Shown piece by piece: positions 28,130-36,462 of a DNA stretch of 64,000 nt. Every line of letters starts with the position of its first letter. Position 1 is the first letter of the stretch. The notes under the pieces were generated by a model, which saw only the letters and a list, made by a program, of their open reading frames with translations, was not told where the DNA came from and searched no databases. A program made the translations under genes and the position numbers. Location: the NCBI GenBank assembly GCA_024710585.1, contig JANJUM010000097.1:2097-66096 (forward strand), given 5' to 3'. This DNA comes from Desulforhopalus sp. GTDB lineage: Bacteria; Desulfobacterota; Desulfobulbia; Desulfobulbales; Desulfocapsaceae.

Positions 28130-30577
28130 ATGGACCAGCGTAAACGCATAGACAAGATACTCGACGCCGTCGAGAAGAAGATCCAGAACGAAGTCGCCAC
28201 CCTTCTTGGCAGCGACTTCTCCGTCATTGGCGGTGAACGAGGGCTGTTTTCCAAGGAAGAGGTCTTCTCCCGCCTCCAGGGCAAGCAGGTGCTCGCCCAC
28301 CTCGATGTCGCCGGTGACCACGTCGGCAAAGGGGCCATCCTCGTCGCCATCAAAGACGCCATCCGCCTTGGCGGGACGCTGATCATGCTCCCCGACCTCG
28401 AACTGCAGGAGGTGGTCGGTCGGGAGGAGTATCGTGAGGAACTGGAAGACTCTTATGGCGAGATCGCCAATATCATAGCCGGCTCGGTGACCAAAGCCTT
28501 CGAGGAGATGTATCCCGGGGCTTGCCGTTTCATCCGCAAAGAGCAGGAGGTGGTTGTCCCGACGAAGGTGGATGCGGAGAGCGACGCGCCCATCGTCAGT
28601 CAGCGCTACTACCAGAGCCTGTTTTCCATGCTCCTCGACGGCAAGCAGCTGGGCGATCTCGTCCTGCTCATGCCGGCCGCCTCCTTCGACCTCGACGATG
28701 CCGCCCCGCCCAAAGCCGAGGCGGATGACACGGCAGCGGCCAAAGAAAGCCCCGCCCCCGCCCCGGCAGCCGCACCGGGCAGTGAAACTCCAGCCTCCGC
28801 GACCGACACCCGGCCGGCCGACAAGCCCAAAGTCGATTTCGACAAGCAGAAGAAACGTATCGACAAGCTGCTCGCCGAGTGCGAGAAGCGCCTGGCGGTG
28901 GAGATCGGCGCCCTGCTCAGCGCCGAGGTCGGTCTCGAAAAAGTCGAAAACCGACTCCTCGACAAGGAGAAATTCTTCTCCGAGGTCGCCAGTGGCAAAC
29001 AGATCATTGCCGACATGAATGTCGCTGGCGAAGGGCAGGAGGCCTGCTATTTCTCCATCGGCATCAAAGACGCGATCCACCTCGGCGGCATTCTCATCAT
29101 GCTGCCGCCGACGGAACTGACCAGCGTCATCGGCGAAGAAGATTTCAGCGACGACACCCAGGATGCTTATGGCGAGGTGGCCAATATCGTCTCCGGCGTC
29201 TATACCGCGGTGTTCGAGGAGCAGTATACGGCGAAGTTGCGCTTCGTCAAAAAGGGCATCCGCCAGGTGGTGCCCGCCAAGGTGGATGTTCATTCGCCGG
29301 AACCGTTCGCCGACGGTGCCTACTACTGCCAGACCATGCAGCTGATCATCACCGGCAAGCCCTCCGGCGAGGTGCATATGCTCTTTCCGGCCGGACTGCT
29401 GCAGCTCGAGCGCGAAATTTCCGCCCCTGTGGTGGGAAAAAAGGCCGAGCCTGCCCCCTCTCCTGCACCCGAGGAGAAGAAGGCGGAGGCTCCCCCCGCT
29501 CCGCTTGCCGCGAGTCCAGCGCCAACGGGCAGGGCGCCTTCAGCGGACAAGGGTGCGGCGGAGAAACAGAAACGCCTGGTGGACAAGCTGCTCGCCGCCT
29601 GCCGCGATCAGGTTGCGGCGGAGGTGACGGCACTGCTTGGCACCGAGGTGACCCTCGGCGACCAGCGCAACCAGGTGATCACCAAGGAGTCGTTCTTTTT
29701 CGAGGAGGTCTCCGGCAAGCAGGTCATCAGCCACTTCGAGGTGGCAGGGGATGCCGAAGGCAAAAGTTATCTCGTCGTTGGGCTGCGCGACGCCATCCGC
29801 GTTGGCGGGGTGCTGATCATGCTCCCCAGCCAGGAGTTGGAGTCGGTGGTTGCCGACGAGGTTTTCGGGGAAGATACCGCAGACGCCTATGGCGAGATCG
29901 CCAATATCATCGCCGGGGTTTATACGGCGGTGTTCGAAGAGCAGTACTCCAAGCGCATCCGCTTCATCAAGAAGGAGGTCGAGCAGGTGGTGCCGATGAA
30001 AGTCGACATCGCCTCGAACAGCCCCTTCCCCGACGGTTCCTACTACCATTCCAGCTGCACCCTGGGCATCGGCGACCAGACCTACGGCAAGATCGGTCTC
30101 GTCTTTCCCCTCGACATCCTCGGCCTCGAGGGCCTGCTGGCCGCGGACGAGGGATATGTGATGGAGGATGCCGGCGGCGTCGAGCCGGTCGCAGCCCCCT
30201 TGGCACAGCATGGCAGCCTCGACATCCTCCTCGTCGGCGACGACGACACCGAAGCGATCAAGATCGCCGGAGTGCTCGAGGCCAGGGGCTATGTCGTCAA
30301 ACGCCTCTCCTTCAAGGACAACGTCCACAATTACCTGCCCGGCGAAATCAAGGCGGTATTCCTGGTCATGCGCGAGGTCAACGAGCAGGCCTTTGGCGCG
30401 GCCATCAAAATCAGCGCCGCCTGCCGGCTGCCACTGATTGCCGCCGGGCCGGGGTGGACACGGAGCAAGGTTATCAAGGCGGTGCGTTACGGGATTCGCG
30501 ACATCCTGCTGACGCCAGCTTCGGCCACGGATGTCGAGGAGAGCGTCGCCAACAACCTCCTCAAGCTGGCCGCGTGA
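28130..30577 (+). CDS. Multidomain protein: three tandem CheC/CheX-like domains plus a C-terminal degenerate receiver domain
   Basis: Three repeats of about 240 aa, each with D-[SA]-Y-G-E-[IV]-A-N-I (Glu codons at 28460, 29174, 29894), joined by Pro/Ala-rich linkers. The C-terminal REC fold has Val at the phosphoacceptor position (KAVFLVM) and Thr at the conserved Lys (LLTP). Start is ATG 28130 or GTG 28112. Confidence 0.8.
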   Translation: MDQRKRIDKILDAVEKKIQNEVATLLGSDFSVIGGERGLFSKEEVFSRLQGKQVLAHLDVAGDHVGKGAILVAIKDAIRLGGTLIMLPDLELQEVVGREEYREELEDSYGEIANIIAGSVTKAFEEMYPGACRFIRKEQEVVVPTKVDAESDAPIVSQRYYQSLFSMLLDGKQLGDLVLLMPAASFDLDDAAPPKAEADDTAAAKESPAPAPAAAPGSETPASATDTRPADKPKVDFDKQKKRIDKLLAECEKRLAVEIGALLSAEVGLEKVENRLLDKEKFFSEVASGKQIIADMNVAGEGQEACYFSIGIKDAIHLGGILIMLPPTELTSVIGEEDFSDDTQDAYGEVANIVSGVYTAVFEEQYTAKLRFVKKGIRQVVPAKVDVHSPEPFADGAYYCQTMQLIITGKPSGEVHMLFPAGLLQLEREISAPVVGKKAEPAPSPAPEEKKAEAPPAPLAASPAPTGRAPSADKGAAEKQKRLVDKLLAACRDQVAAEVTALLGTEVTLGDQRNQVITKESFFFEEVSGKQVISHFEVAGDAEGKSYLVVGLRDAIRVGGVLIMLPSQELESVVADEVFGEDTADAYGEIANIIAGVYTAVFEEQYSKRIRFIKKEVEQVVPMKVDIASNSPFPDGSYYHSSCTLGIGDQTYGKIGLVFPLDILGLEGLLAADEGYVMEDAGGVEPVAAPLAQHGSLDILLVGDDDTEAIKIAGVLEARGYVVKRLSFKDNVHNYLPGEIKAVFLVMREVNEQAFGAAIKISAACRLPLIAAGPGWTRSKVIKAVRYGIRDILLTPASATDVEESVANNLLKLAA

Positions 30578-30592
30578 GGGCCTGCCGCACTA

Positions 30593-32050
30593 TCAGTCCT
30601 TAAGCCACAGCCCGTCGATATCCTTTTTCTTGATCTTCTCCAGCAAGGTGGTGCGTTTGAGGTTGAGCAGACGCGCCGCCTCCTTCTTGTTGCCTTCGCT
30701 CAGTCGCAGCGCTTGCAGGATGAGACGTGTCTCGAAGTCGTTGATGACCTCGTTGAAGTCGATGCAGCCTTTGTCCCAGGCCAGGTCGAGAGAGGATGTG
30801 CCGGCGAACGGGGTGTCGCTTGCCGGGGGGGGATTGCCGGGCTCCGCGACATCTTCAGGGATGTCAAGGTCATGGAATTTCTCCGGAAGGTCGGCGAACT
30901 GCACCGTCTTGCCACTATAGAGCACGCTCATGTGCTGGATGAGATTCTCCAACTCGCGGACATTGCCGCGCCAGTGATAGTGGCGCAGGGCGGCCATGGC
31001 CCGAGGTGCGAAGAAAAAGGCCTCTCTGCCGCGCTGCAGGCAATACTTGTCGATGAAGTTGTCGACGAGAAGGGGGATGTCGTCGGCCCTCTGGCGCAGC
31101 GAGGGGATGTGCAGCGGAATGACGCTGAGGCGATAGTAGAGGTCCTCACGGAAGCTGCCTTCGCCAACGAGTTTTTCCAGGTCGCAGTGGGTTGCGGCGA
31201 GGATGCGCGTGTTTACCGGGATGGCCTTGTAGGCGCCCACCGGCTCGAATTCCTTCTCCTGCAGCACGCGCAGGAGCTTGGCCTGCAGCGAAGACTTCAT
31301 GTCGCCGATCTCGTCGAGAAACAGCGTGCCCTGATCGGCGTACTGGATACGGCCGATTTTGTTGGCGGCGGCGCCGGTGAAGGCGCCCTTGGTATAGCCG
31401 AAGAGTTCGCTCTCGAGGAGATCGTCGGGGATGGCGGCGCAGTTCACCGGGACGAAGTTTTTACCGCGCCTGCGGCTTTCGGCATGGATGGCCTTGGCGA
31501 CCATTTCCTTGCCGGTGCCCGATTCGCCACGAATGAGCACCGTGCTCTGGTCGTCTTCGGCGATGCGCTCGATCATGCTAAAGAGATTCTGCATGACCTC
31601 GGTGGCGCCCATCATGCCATGGAAGTCCTTCCGGTCGGCTGGCGATGAGGCCTGCAGCCGGTTCGCCACTGGCTGCAGGCGAGTGCAGACGCGTCGCAGG
31701 GCGGCCCGGGTTTCCACCGGGTCGATGGGTTTATGGACGAAAAAGAACAGGTCGAGAGAGAGTACATCCCTGATCAACTGCGGTCGGCCGGCGGGGATGA
31801 TCGGCAGGATGGCCAGTTCGGGGAAGCGCTGGCGCAGAGAGGCGAGCAACTGCAGGCTGTGCGGGGCGTCGGAGAGTTCGAGGTCGAGGAGAAGGACCTC
31901 CACCGCATTGCCGCCGAGTGCCGCCTGCAGTTCCTCGGGAGAGGAGGCGTGCAGCAGAGTGCAGTGGTAATGAGACCGCAAGGCCTCGGCATACCTCGCC
32001 AGGCCGGTTATTTCTCTGTCGGCAATAAGTATTGTCGGGGGTGCAGCCAT
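30593..32050 (-). CDS. Sigma54-dependent enhancer-binding protein, FleQ/FlrA-like (atypical REC-AAA+-HTH)
   Basis: GESGTGKE Walker A, GAFTGA, LFLDEIGD, WRGNVRELEN, Fis-type HTH ending LKRTTLLEKI; adjacent to the flagellar cluster. Confidence 0.9.
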   Translation of the reverse strand: MAAPPTILIADREITGLARYAEALRSHYHCTLLHASSPEELQAALGGNAVEVLLLDLELSDAPHSLQLLASLRQRFPELAILPIIPAGRPQLIRDVLSLDLFFFVHKPIDPVETRAALRRVCTRLQPVANRLQASSPADRKDFHGMMGATEVMQNLFSMIERIAEDDQSTVLIRGESGTGKEMVAKAIHAESRRRGKNFVPVNCAAIPDDLLESELFGYTKGAFTGAAANKIGRIQYADQGTLFLDEIGDMKSSLQAKLLRVLQEKEFEPVGAYKAIPVNTRILAATHCDLEKLVGEGSFREDLYYRLSVIPLHIPSLRQRADDIPLLVDNFIDKYCLQRGREAFFFAPRAMAALRHYHWRGNVRELENLIQHMSVLYSGKTVQFADLPEKFHDLDIPEDVAEPGNPPPASDTPFAGTSSLDLAWDKGCIDFNEVINDFETRLILQALRLSEGNKKEAARLLNLKRTTLLEKIKKKDIDGLWLKD

Positions 32051-32103
32051 GGGTACCTTGTCGCCGGCCTTGGTGCGCGATGCGTGGGAGTGGTTCCGCC
32101 CCT

Positions 32104-32550
32104 TCAGGGCGCCTGTATGAGGTCGGCCAGCCTGCTCGAGGTGCGCCGCATGTTGAGGCTGAGCAACCTGGCGATTTTGCGGATCACCTTGATGCCGAGA
32201 GGCGGGTGCCGCTCAGCCAGAAGATCGAAGGCGCGGTCGGTGAGGGTCACCAGGGTCGCCGCCTGCCTGGCGATGACCGTGGCAGAGCGCGGCGACTTGT
32301 CGATGAGCGCCATCTCGCCGATGGAGGCCCCTTTGGTGAGTCGCGCCAGAGTCACGTAATCCCCGCTCTCACGACGCTTCTGCACCTCGAGGATGCCGTT
32401 GACGACGAAGCCGAGAAATGTGCCGGGATCCCCTTCGACGAAGAGGTACTCGCCGCGCTGCAGATGAATGTAGCTCATATGCCTGGCCAGCGTGGACAAC
32501 TCGTCGACGTTGAGGCTCAGGAAGATCGGCAGATGCTCGAGGAAGGACAT
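32104..32550 (-). CDS. Stand-alone cyclic-nucleotide-binding domain protein
   Basis: YLFVEGDPG...GASIGEMALIDKSPRSATVIA phosphate-binding cassette; no HTH. Start re-set to ATG 32550 behind GAGGA. Confidence 0.88.
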   Translation of the reverse strand: MSFLEHLPIFLSLNVDELSTLARHMSYIHLQRGEYLFVEGDPGTFLGFVVNGILEVQKRRESGDYVTLARLTKGASIGEMALIDKSPRSATVIARQAATLVTLTDRAFDLLAERHPPLGIKVIRKIARLLSLNMRRTSSRLADLIQAP

Positions 32551-33043
32551 GGTCTCTTCCTCGCTTTTCCTCATGGCGTTGGCGGGCATGGGCGACGTCG
32601 TCCGGGCTCGAGGTTGAAAAAGGGGTGTGCGCGGTGACTCGTGCCGCGATGCGGGAGAATTGCGGCGCCGCATCCCCCGGGGAGCGCCTTCTCTTCATCG
32701 CTGGCGCAGCGATCGCTTTGAAGTGAGTGTCGACGAAAGCCGCGGCCCCTTTCGAAAGTTCCAGCATATCATAGGAAAAGGATGGAAAACAATAGCGTTT
32801 TCCATTTGCTGCCGGGCCTTTCGTTCTCTCTGGGGGAAGATGTGCCTTGAACGGGATGCGCCATATGTTCCCTCCGATGGCATGGCGCAGTTCGAAACGA
32901 AGAGACCGGCCATGCCGTTGAGAGTGAAGGTTCATTGATATCGTTCATTTTTTTGACAGAAGAGGGAAGCTTTTGATAACAATGCCCGCCAGGCCCGGGG
33001 CCAGCGAACGTTTGAAGGACTCCGCTGAAACTTCAGCCTGCCG

Positions 33044-33073
33044 TTGACACCTTTTCCCTCGATGCTGTATGTT
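33044..33073 (+). promoter_or_regulatory. Possible sigma70 promoter for the pentapeptide-repeat gene
   Basis: TTGACA-N18-TATGTT, about 80 nt upstream of ATG 33151. Confidence 0.4.
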
Positions 33074-33150
33074 TCGTAGCCCTTTCCTCCTATATCCGCT
33101 CACCTTTTATCAGCCCCCACATCTGGGGAAGCAACCTGGAAACGACGCCT

Positions 33151-34875
33151 ATGAACAGCAAGAAACATCTCCTCGCCTTGACCCGATCGGGTGCCTTGAC
33201 CCTTATGGCCTTCGCCGCAGGCATGGCGCAGGCCTCGCCGGAAAAGACGGTCGAGGACAATGTCGCCAAGCTGCAGCAGGAGAAAAGCTGTAAAGGGTGC
33301 AATCTTGCCGGAGCAAATCTCAGCCGGCTGGAACTCGTTGGAGCGGACCTCGAAGGGGCTGATATCTCAGGGGCAAGGGTTACCTTGACCAACCTGTCGC
33401 GAGCCAATCTGCGCAATGCCAACCTGCGCGGCACCATCTTCGGCGGCAGCGACCTCAGTGAAGCCGATCTACGCGGCGCCGATCTACGCGGCGCCTCCCT
33501 GGACAGCTCCTACCTTGAAGGGGCCCGGTTTGACGGAGAGTTCGTAAGCGCCCGGCCTTATGTCGATGTCGGTGTCACCGATGTCGAGCAGCAGGTCTTT
33601 GTTCCCGATCAAGCCATTCCCAAGAAGGCCCCGGAACCAGGAGCAGCTTCCCTGGGGCGCGCTGAAGAGATGGCGGCTTCTCAGGGCGAGACAGTGCCAA
33701 AGATGGTTGGCAGCGTCGCGCCAGTGAAGAAGGCAGCCCCTCCGGTGATGGCCATGGTCGGGGGGGAGGCGGCTGCGGCGCGACCCGCCGCCGACCGTGC
33801 TGCTGCGGGGGGGACGGTGCAACGGCTGGCAAGCGACAAGGGCGAAGTGTCTCCGATGGAGGGGCAGGCTGCGCCAGCGTCTCGGCAAAGCAGGGATACG
33901 AGCGAGGAAACGCCGACTGCCGTGGCAAAGCCCCAGGAACCACAGAAGGCCAAGGCGGCGCCGCAACCCCCGCCGGCGGTAGACCTTGACCTCGAGAAGG
34001 CCGCCGAGATCGCCCGGGCAGAACGGGACGGCCAAGCGGCTGAGGAGTCACGCCAAGCGGCAGAAGAAAAACGCATCGCTGAAGAAAGAGTGGCTGTCGA
34101 GAAGAAGCGGGCCGAGGAGGCGCAGGCGGCTGAAGAAAAGCGTATTGCCGCAGCCAGGGAGGCCGAGAAAGTGGCCGTCGAGAAACTCCGGGCCGAGCAG
34201 GCGAAAAAGGCTGAGGAAGAACAGCGGCTCGTCGAGGCGAGGAAGAAGGAAGAGGCCCGCAAGGCGGAAGAAGAGCGGAAAATAGCTGAAGAACAGAAGG
34301 CCGCCGCCGAAAAGGAGGCTGAGGAAGTTGCCAGAGCGGCAAAGGCCAGAAAGGCTGAAGAAGCGAAGCAGGCCGAAGCGGCGAGAAAAGCTGACGAGGA
34401 GAAGAAAGCCCAGGCGGCCAGAACAGCCCAGGAGGAGAAGAGGGCCGAGGAGCGCAAGATTGCCGCCGCCAAGAAAGCCGAAGGCGGCAAGGTGAGCGAA
34501 ACGGTCAAGCAGGCAGCCGACTCCGCCGGGGGAAGCGACAGGATTGCCCAACTCCTCGACAGCAGGAAATGTTTTGCCTGTAAGCTGGTCGACTGCGACC
34601 TTGCGGGGAAAAATCTCGCCGGAGCCGACCTCGAGAAGGCCGATCTCAGTCGCTGCAATCTCGAAGGGGCTAAACTCGACGAGGCCAACCTCAAGGGAGC
34701 CATCCTGCGCAACGCCAATATGAAGGAGGCCTCCTTGAAAAACGCCGATCTCTACAAGGCCGATCTCAGCGCGGCCGATCTCACTGGCGCCAAGGTCAAG
34801 GGGGCCATGTTCGACGAGGCCCGGGTCAAGGATACCATCGGCCTGAAGGAAGCGCGACTGGCCGCCGAAGAATAA
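33151..34875 (+). CDS. Secreted protein with two pentapeptide-repeat domains joined by a Pro/Ala linker and a long E/A/K charged helix
   Basis: Signal peptide ending AQA; A(D/N)LxG-type pentapeptides at about aa 50-130 and aa 475-560, each preceded by CxxC (CKGC, CFAC); a TolA-like AEEKR/AEEAK region between them. Confidence 0.85.
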   Translation: MNSKKHLLALTRSGALTLMAFAAGMAQASPEKTVEDNVAKLQQEKSCKGCNLAGANLSRLELVGADLEGADISGARVTLTNLSRANLRNANLRGTIFGGSDLSEADLRGADLRGASLDSSYLEGARFDGEFVSARPYVDVGVTDVEQQVFVPDQAIPKKAPEPGAASLGRAEEMAASQGETVPKMVGSVAPVKKAAPPVMAMVGGEAAAARPAADRAAAGGTVQRLASDKGEVSPMEGQAAPASRQSRDTSEETPTAVAKPQEPQKAKAAPQPPPAVDLDLEKAAEIARAERDGQAAEESRQAAEEKRIAEERVAVEKKRAEEAQAAEEKRIAAAREAEKVAVEKLRAEQAKKAEEEQRLVEARKKEEARKAEEERKIAEEQKAAAEKEAEEVARAAKARKAEEAKQAEAARKADEEKKAQAARTAQEEKRAEERKIAAAKKAEGGKVSETVKQAADSAGGSDRIAQLLDSRKCFACKLVDCDLAGKNLAGADLEKADLSRCNLEGAKLDEANLKGAILRNANMKEASLKNADLYKADLSAADLTGAKVKGAMFDEARVKDTIGLKEARLAAEE

Positions 34876-34998
34876 CGGTTCGCCCGCCTTCTCTGACGGG
34901 GGCTGGCGAATGGCAGACCGGTATGGAGAAAACCCCGTGCCGGTTCGCCAGGGAGATAAGGGTCGTCCTCGCGAAGACGTTCCCGACGAAGGGCTCTC

Positions 34999-35568
34999 TC
35001 AGCCTCTGTTGATGATATCGATCGCCCGGTCGATGCGCTGCTCCTCTTCCAGTTCGACATCGCGAAGGATAGTCTCGATATCGTTGAGGTTTTGCTGCAG
35101 GCGGGCGACCAGCATCTCGAGATGCTGGATGGTCGCAGCGGCGACATTCTCGGTGGTGTCCATGGCCAGCTGCAAATCCTGGGCGCTGCGCAGGATGGTC
35201 TGCATGTTGGCGATCTTGTCGATGCGCAGGAAGAGTTCGTCGAAGTTGATCGGTTTTTCGAGATAGTCCGCCGCCCCCTTCTTCATCGCCTGCACCGCCG
35301 TATTGACCGAGGAGTGCGCAGTGATGAGCAGCACCTCGGTGCGGCTGTTGATCTCCTTGGCGAGTTCCAGCACCTCTATTCCGCCCAGATCCCCGGGCAT
35401 CATCAGGTCGGTGATGACCACATCGTAAAAGCGTTGCCGCATCATGCGCTCGGCGGCATAGCCATCCTCGGCGACGTCCACCTGATAGCGTTCCTTCTTC
35501 AGCCGCTGCTCGAGCAGGTGCCGGACCACCGGATCATCGTCGACGACCAGTATGGAGAGATTTTTCAT
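34999..35568 (-). CDS. Response regulator: REC plus a short coiled-coil tail, no DNA-binding domain
   Basis: VVDDD, ITDLMMP, ITAHSS, LEKP. Start re-set to ATG 35568, 14 nt after the cheR stop. Confidence 0.88.
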   Translation of the reverse strand: MKNLSILVVDDDPVVRHLLEQRLKKERYQVDVAEDGYAAERMMRQRFYDVVITDLMMPGDLGGIEVLELAKEINSRTEVLLITAHSSVNTAVQAMKKGAADYLEKPINFDELFLRIDKIANMQTILRSAQDLQLAMDTTENVAAATIQHLEMLVARLQQNLNDIETILRDVELEEEQRIDRAIDIINRG

Positions 35569-35582
35569 GGGCGCGCCTCGCT

Positions 35583-36416
35583 CTATTGCTTTTGGTAAAA
35601 AATGGTGCGGAGATGTCGCTTGGGCACGAACCGGGAACATACCCCGGTGAGCGACTCCGTCGAGCCGATGAGGAGATAGCCGTCATCCGCCAGGCAATCG
35701 GCCAGCTTGTTGAAGAGTTTTTTACGGTCTTCGAGAGTGAAGTAGATGGCGACGTTGCGGCAGAAGATGATGTCGAACTTGCCGAGGGAGGAGAGGGGCT
35801 GCATGAGGTTGAATTTCTTGAAGGTAACCATGGCCCTGATCTCATCCTTGATCTTCCACGAGTCGCCGAAGAGGTTGAAATATTTCTGCAGGTATTTCTT
35901 GTCGAGGCCGCGCTCGATCTCGAAGCGGTTGTACTTGCCGTAACTTGCCTGGGCGATGGCGGCATCGGAGATATCCGTGCCCAACAGGTTGAAAGAGTAG
36001 TTGGCGGCGTCGCGCAGCAGTTCCTTGATGATGATGGCGATGGAATAAAGCTCCTGCCCGGTGGAGGCGGCGGCGCTCCAGATGCGCACCGGCACGCGCC
36101 CCCCGGCCCGCGGGGTGCGGGCGTCGATAACCTCGGGAAGGATCTTGTGCTGCAACAGCTCGAAGGGCCCCTTGTCGCGGAAGAACAAGGTCTCGTTGGT
36201 GGTAATGGCATCGACAATTGCCTTCTCGATGACCTTGCTGCCGTCCTGCCGGGCCTTGGCCTGCAGTTCCTGGTAGGACTTGCAGCCATAGCTTTCGGCC
36301 ACCGAACTGAGGCGCGTCTCGAACAGATAGGCCTTGCTCTGGTCGAGAAAAATTCCCGATATCTCCTGGATGTATTGCGCCACGAGCTTGAGTTCGGCGG
36401 GATTGATCTTTATCAT
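35583..36416 (-). CDS. cheR: Chemotaxis methyltransferase CheR
   Basis: TTNETLFFRD, RIWSAAASTGQELYS, GTDIS, FDIIFCRNV. Confidence 0.96.
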   Translation of the reverse strand: MIKINPAELKLVAQYIQEISGIFLDQSKAYLFETRLSSVAESYGCKSYQELQAKARQDGSKVIEKAIVDAITTNETLFFRDKGPFELLQHKILPEVIDARTPRAGGRVPVRIWSAAASTGQELYSIAIIIKELLRDAANYSFNLLGTDISDAAIAQASYGKYNRFEIERGLDKKYLQKYFNLFGDSWKIKDEIRAMVTFKKFNLMQPLSSLGKFDIIFCRNVAIYFTLEDRKKLFNKLADCLADDGYLLIGSTESLTGVCSRFVPKRHLRTIFYQKQ

Positions 36417-36462
36417 GGTCGCTCGCTGGTCGAGGGTGGGGGGCAGGGGAGTGGCGCCTTCA

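Noticed and set aside
33980-34500. Repetitive GAA/GCC/AAG DNA as a tandem repeat or CRISPR-like array
   Set aside because: It is low-complexity coding sequence for an E/A/K helix, with no fixed repeat-spacer structure.
33289-34580. CxxC motifs in the pentapeptide protein as heme c sites
   Set aside because: CKGCN and CFACK lack the His of CxxCH; they are more likely disulfide caps.
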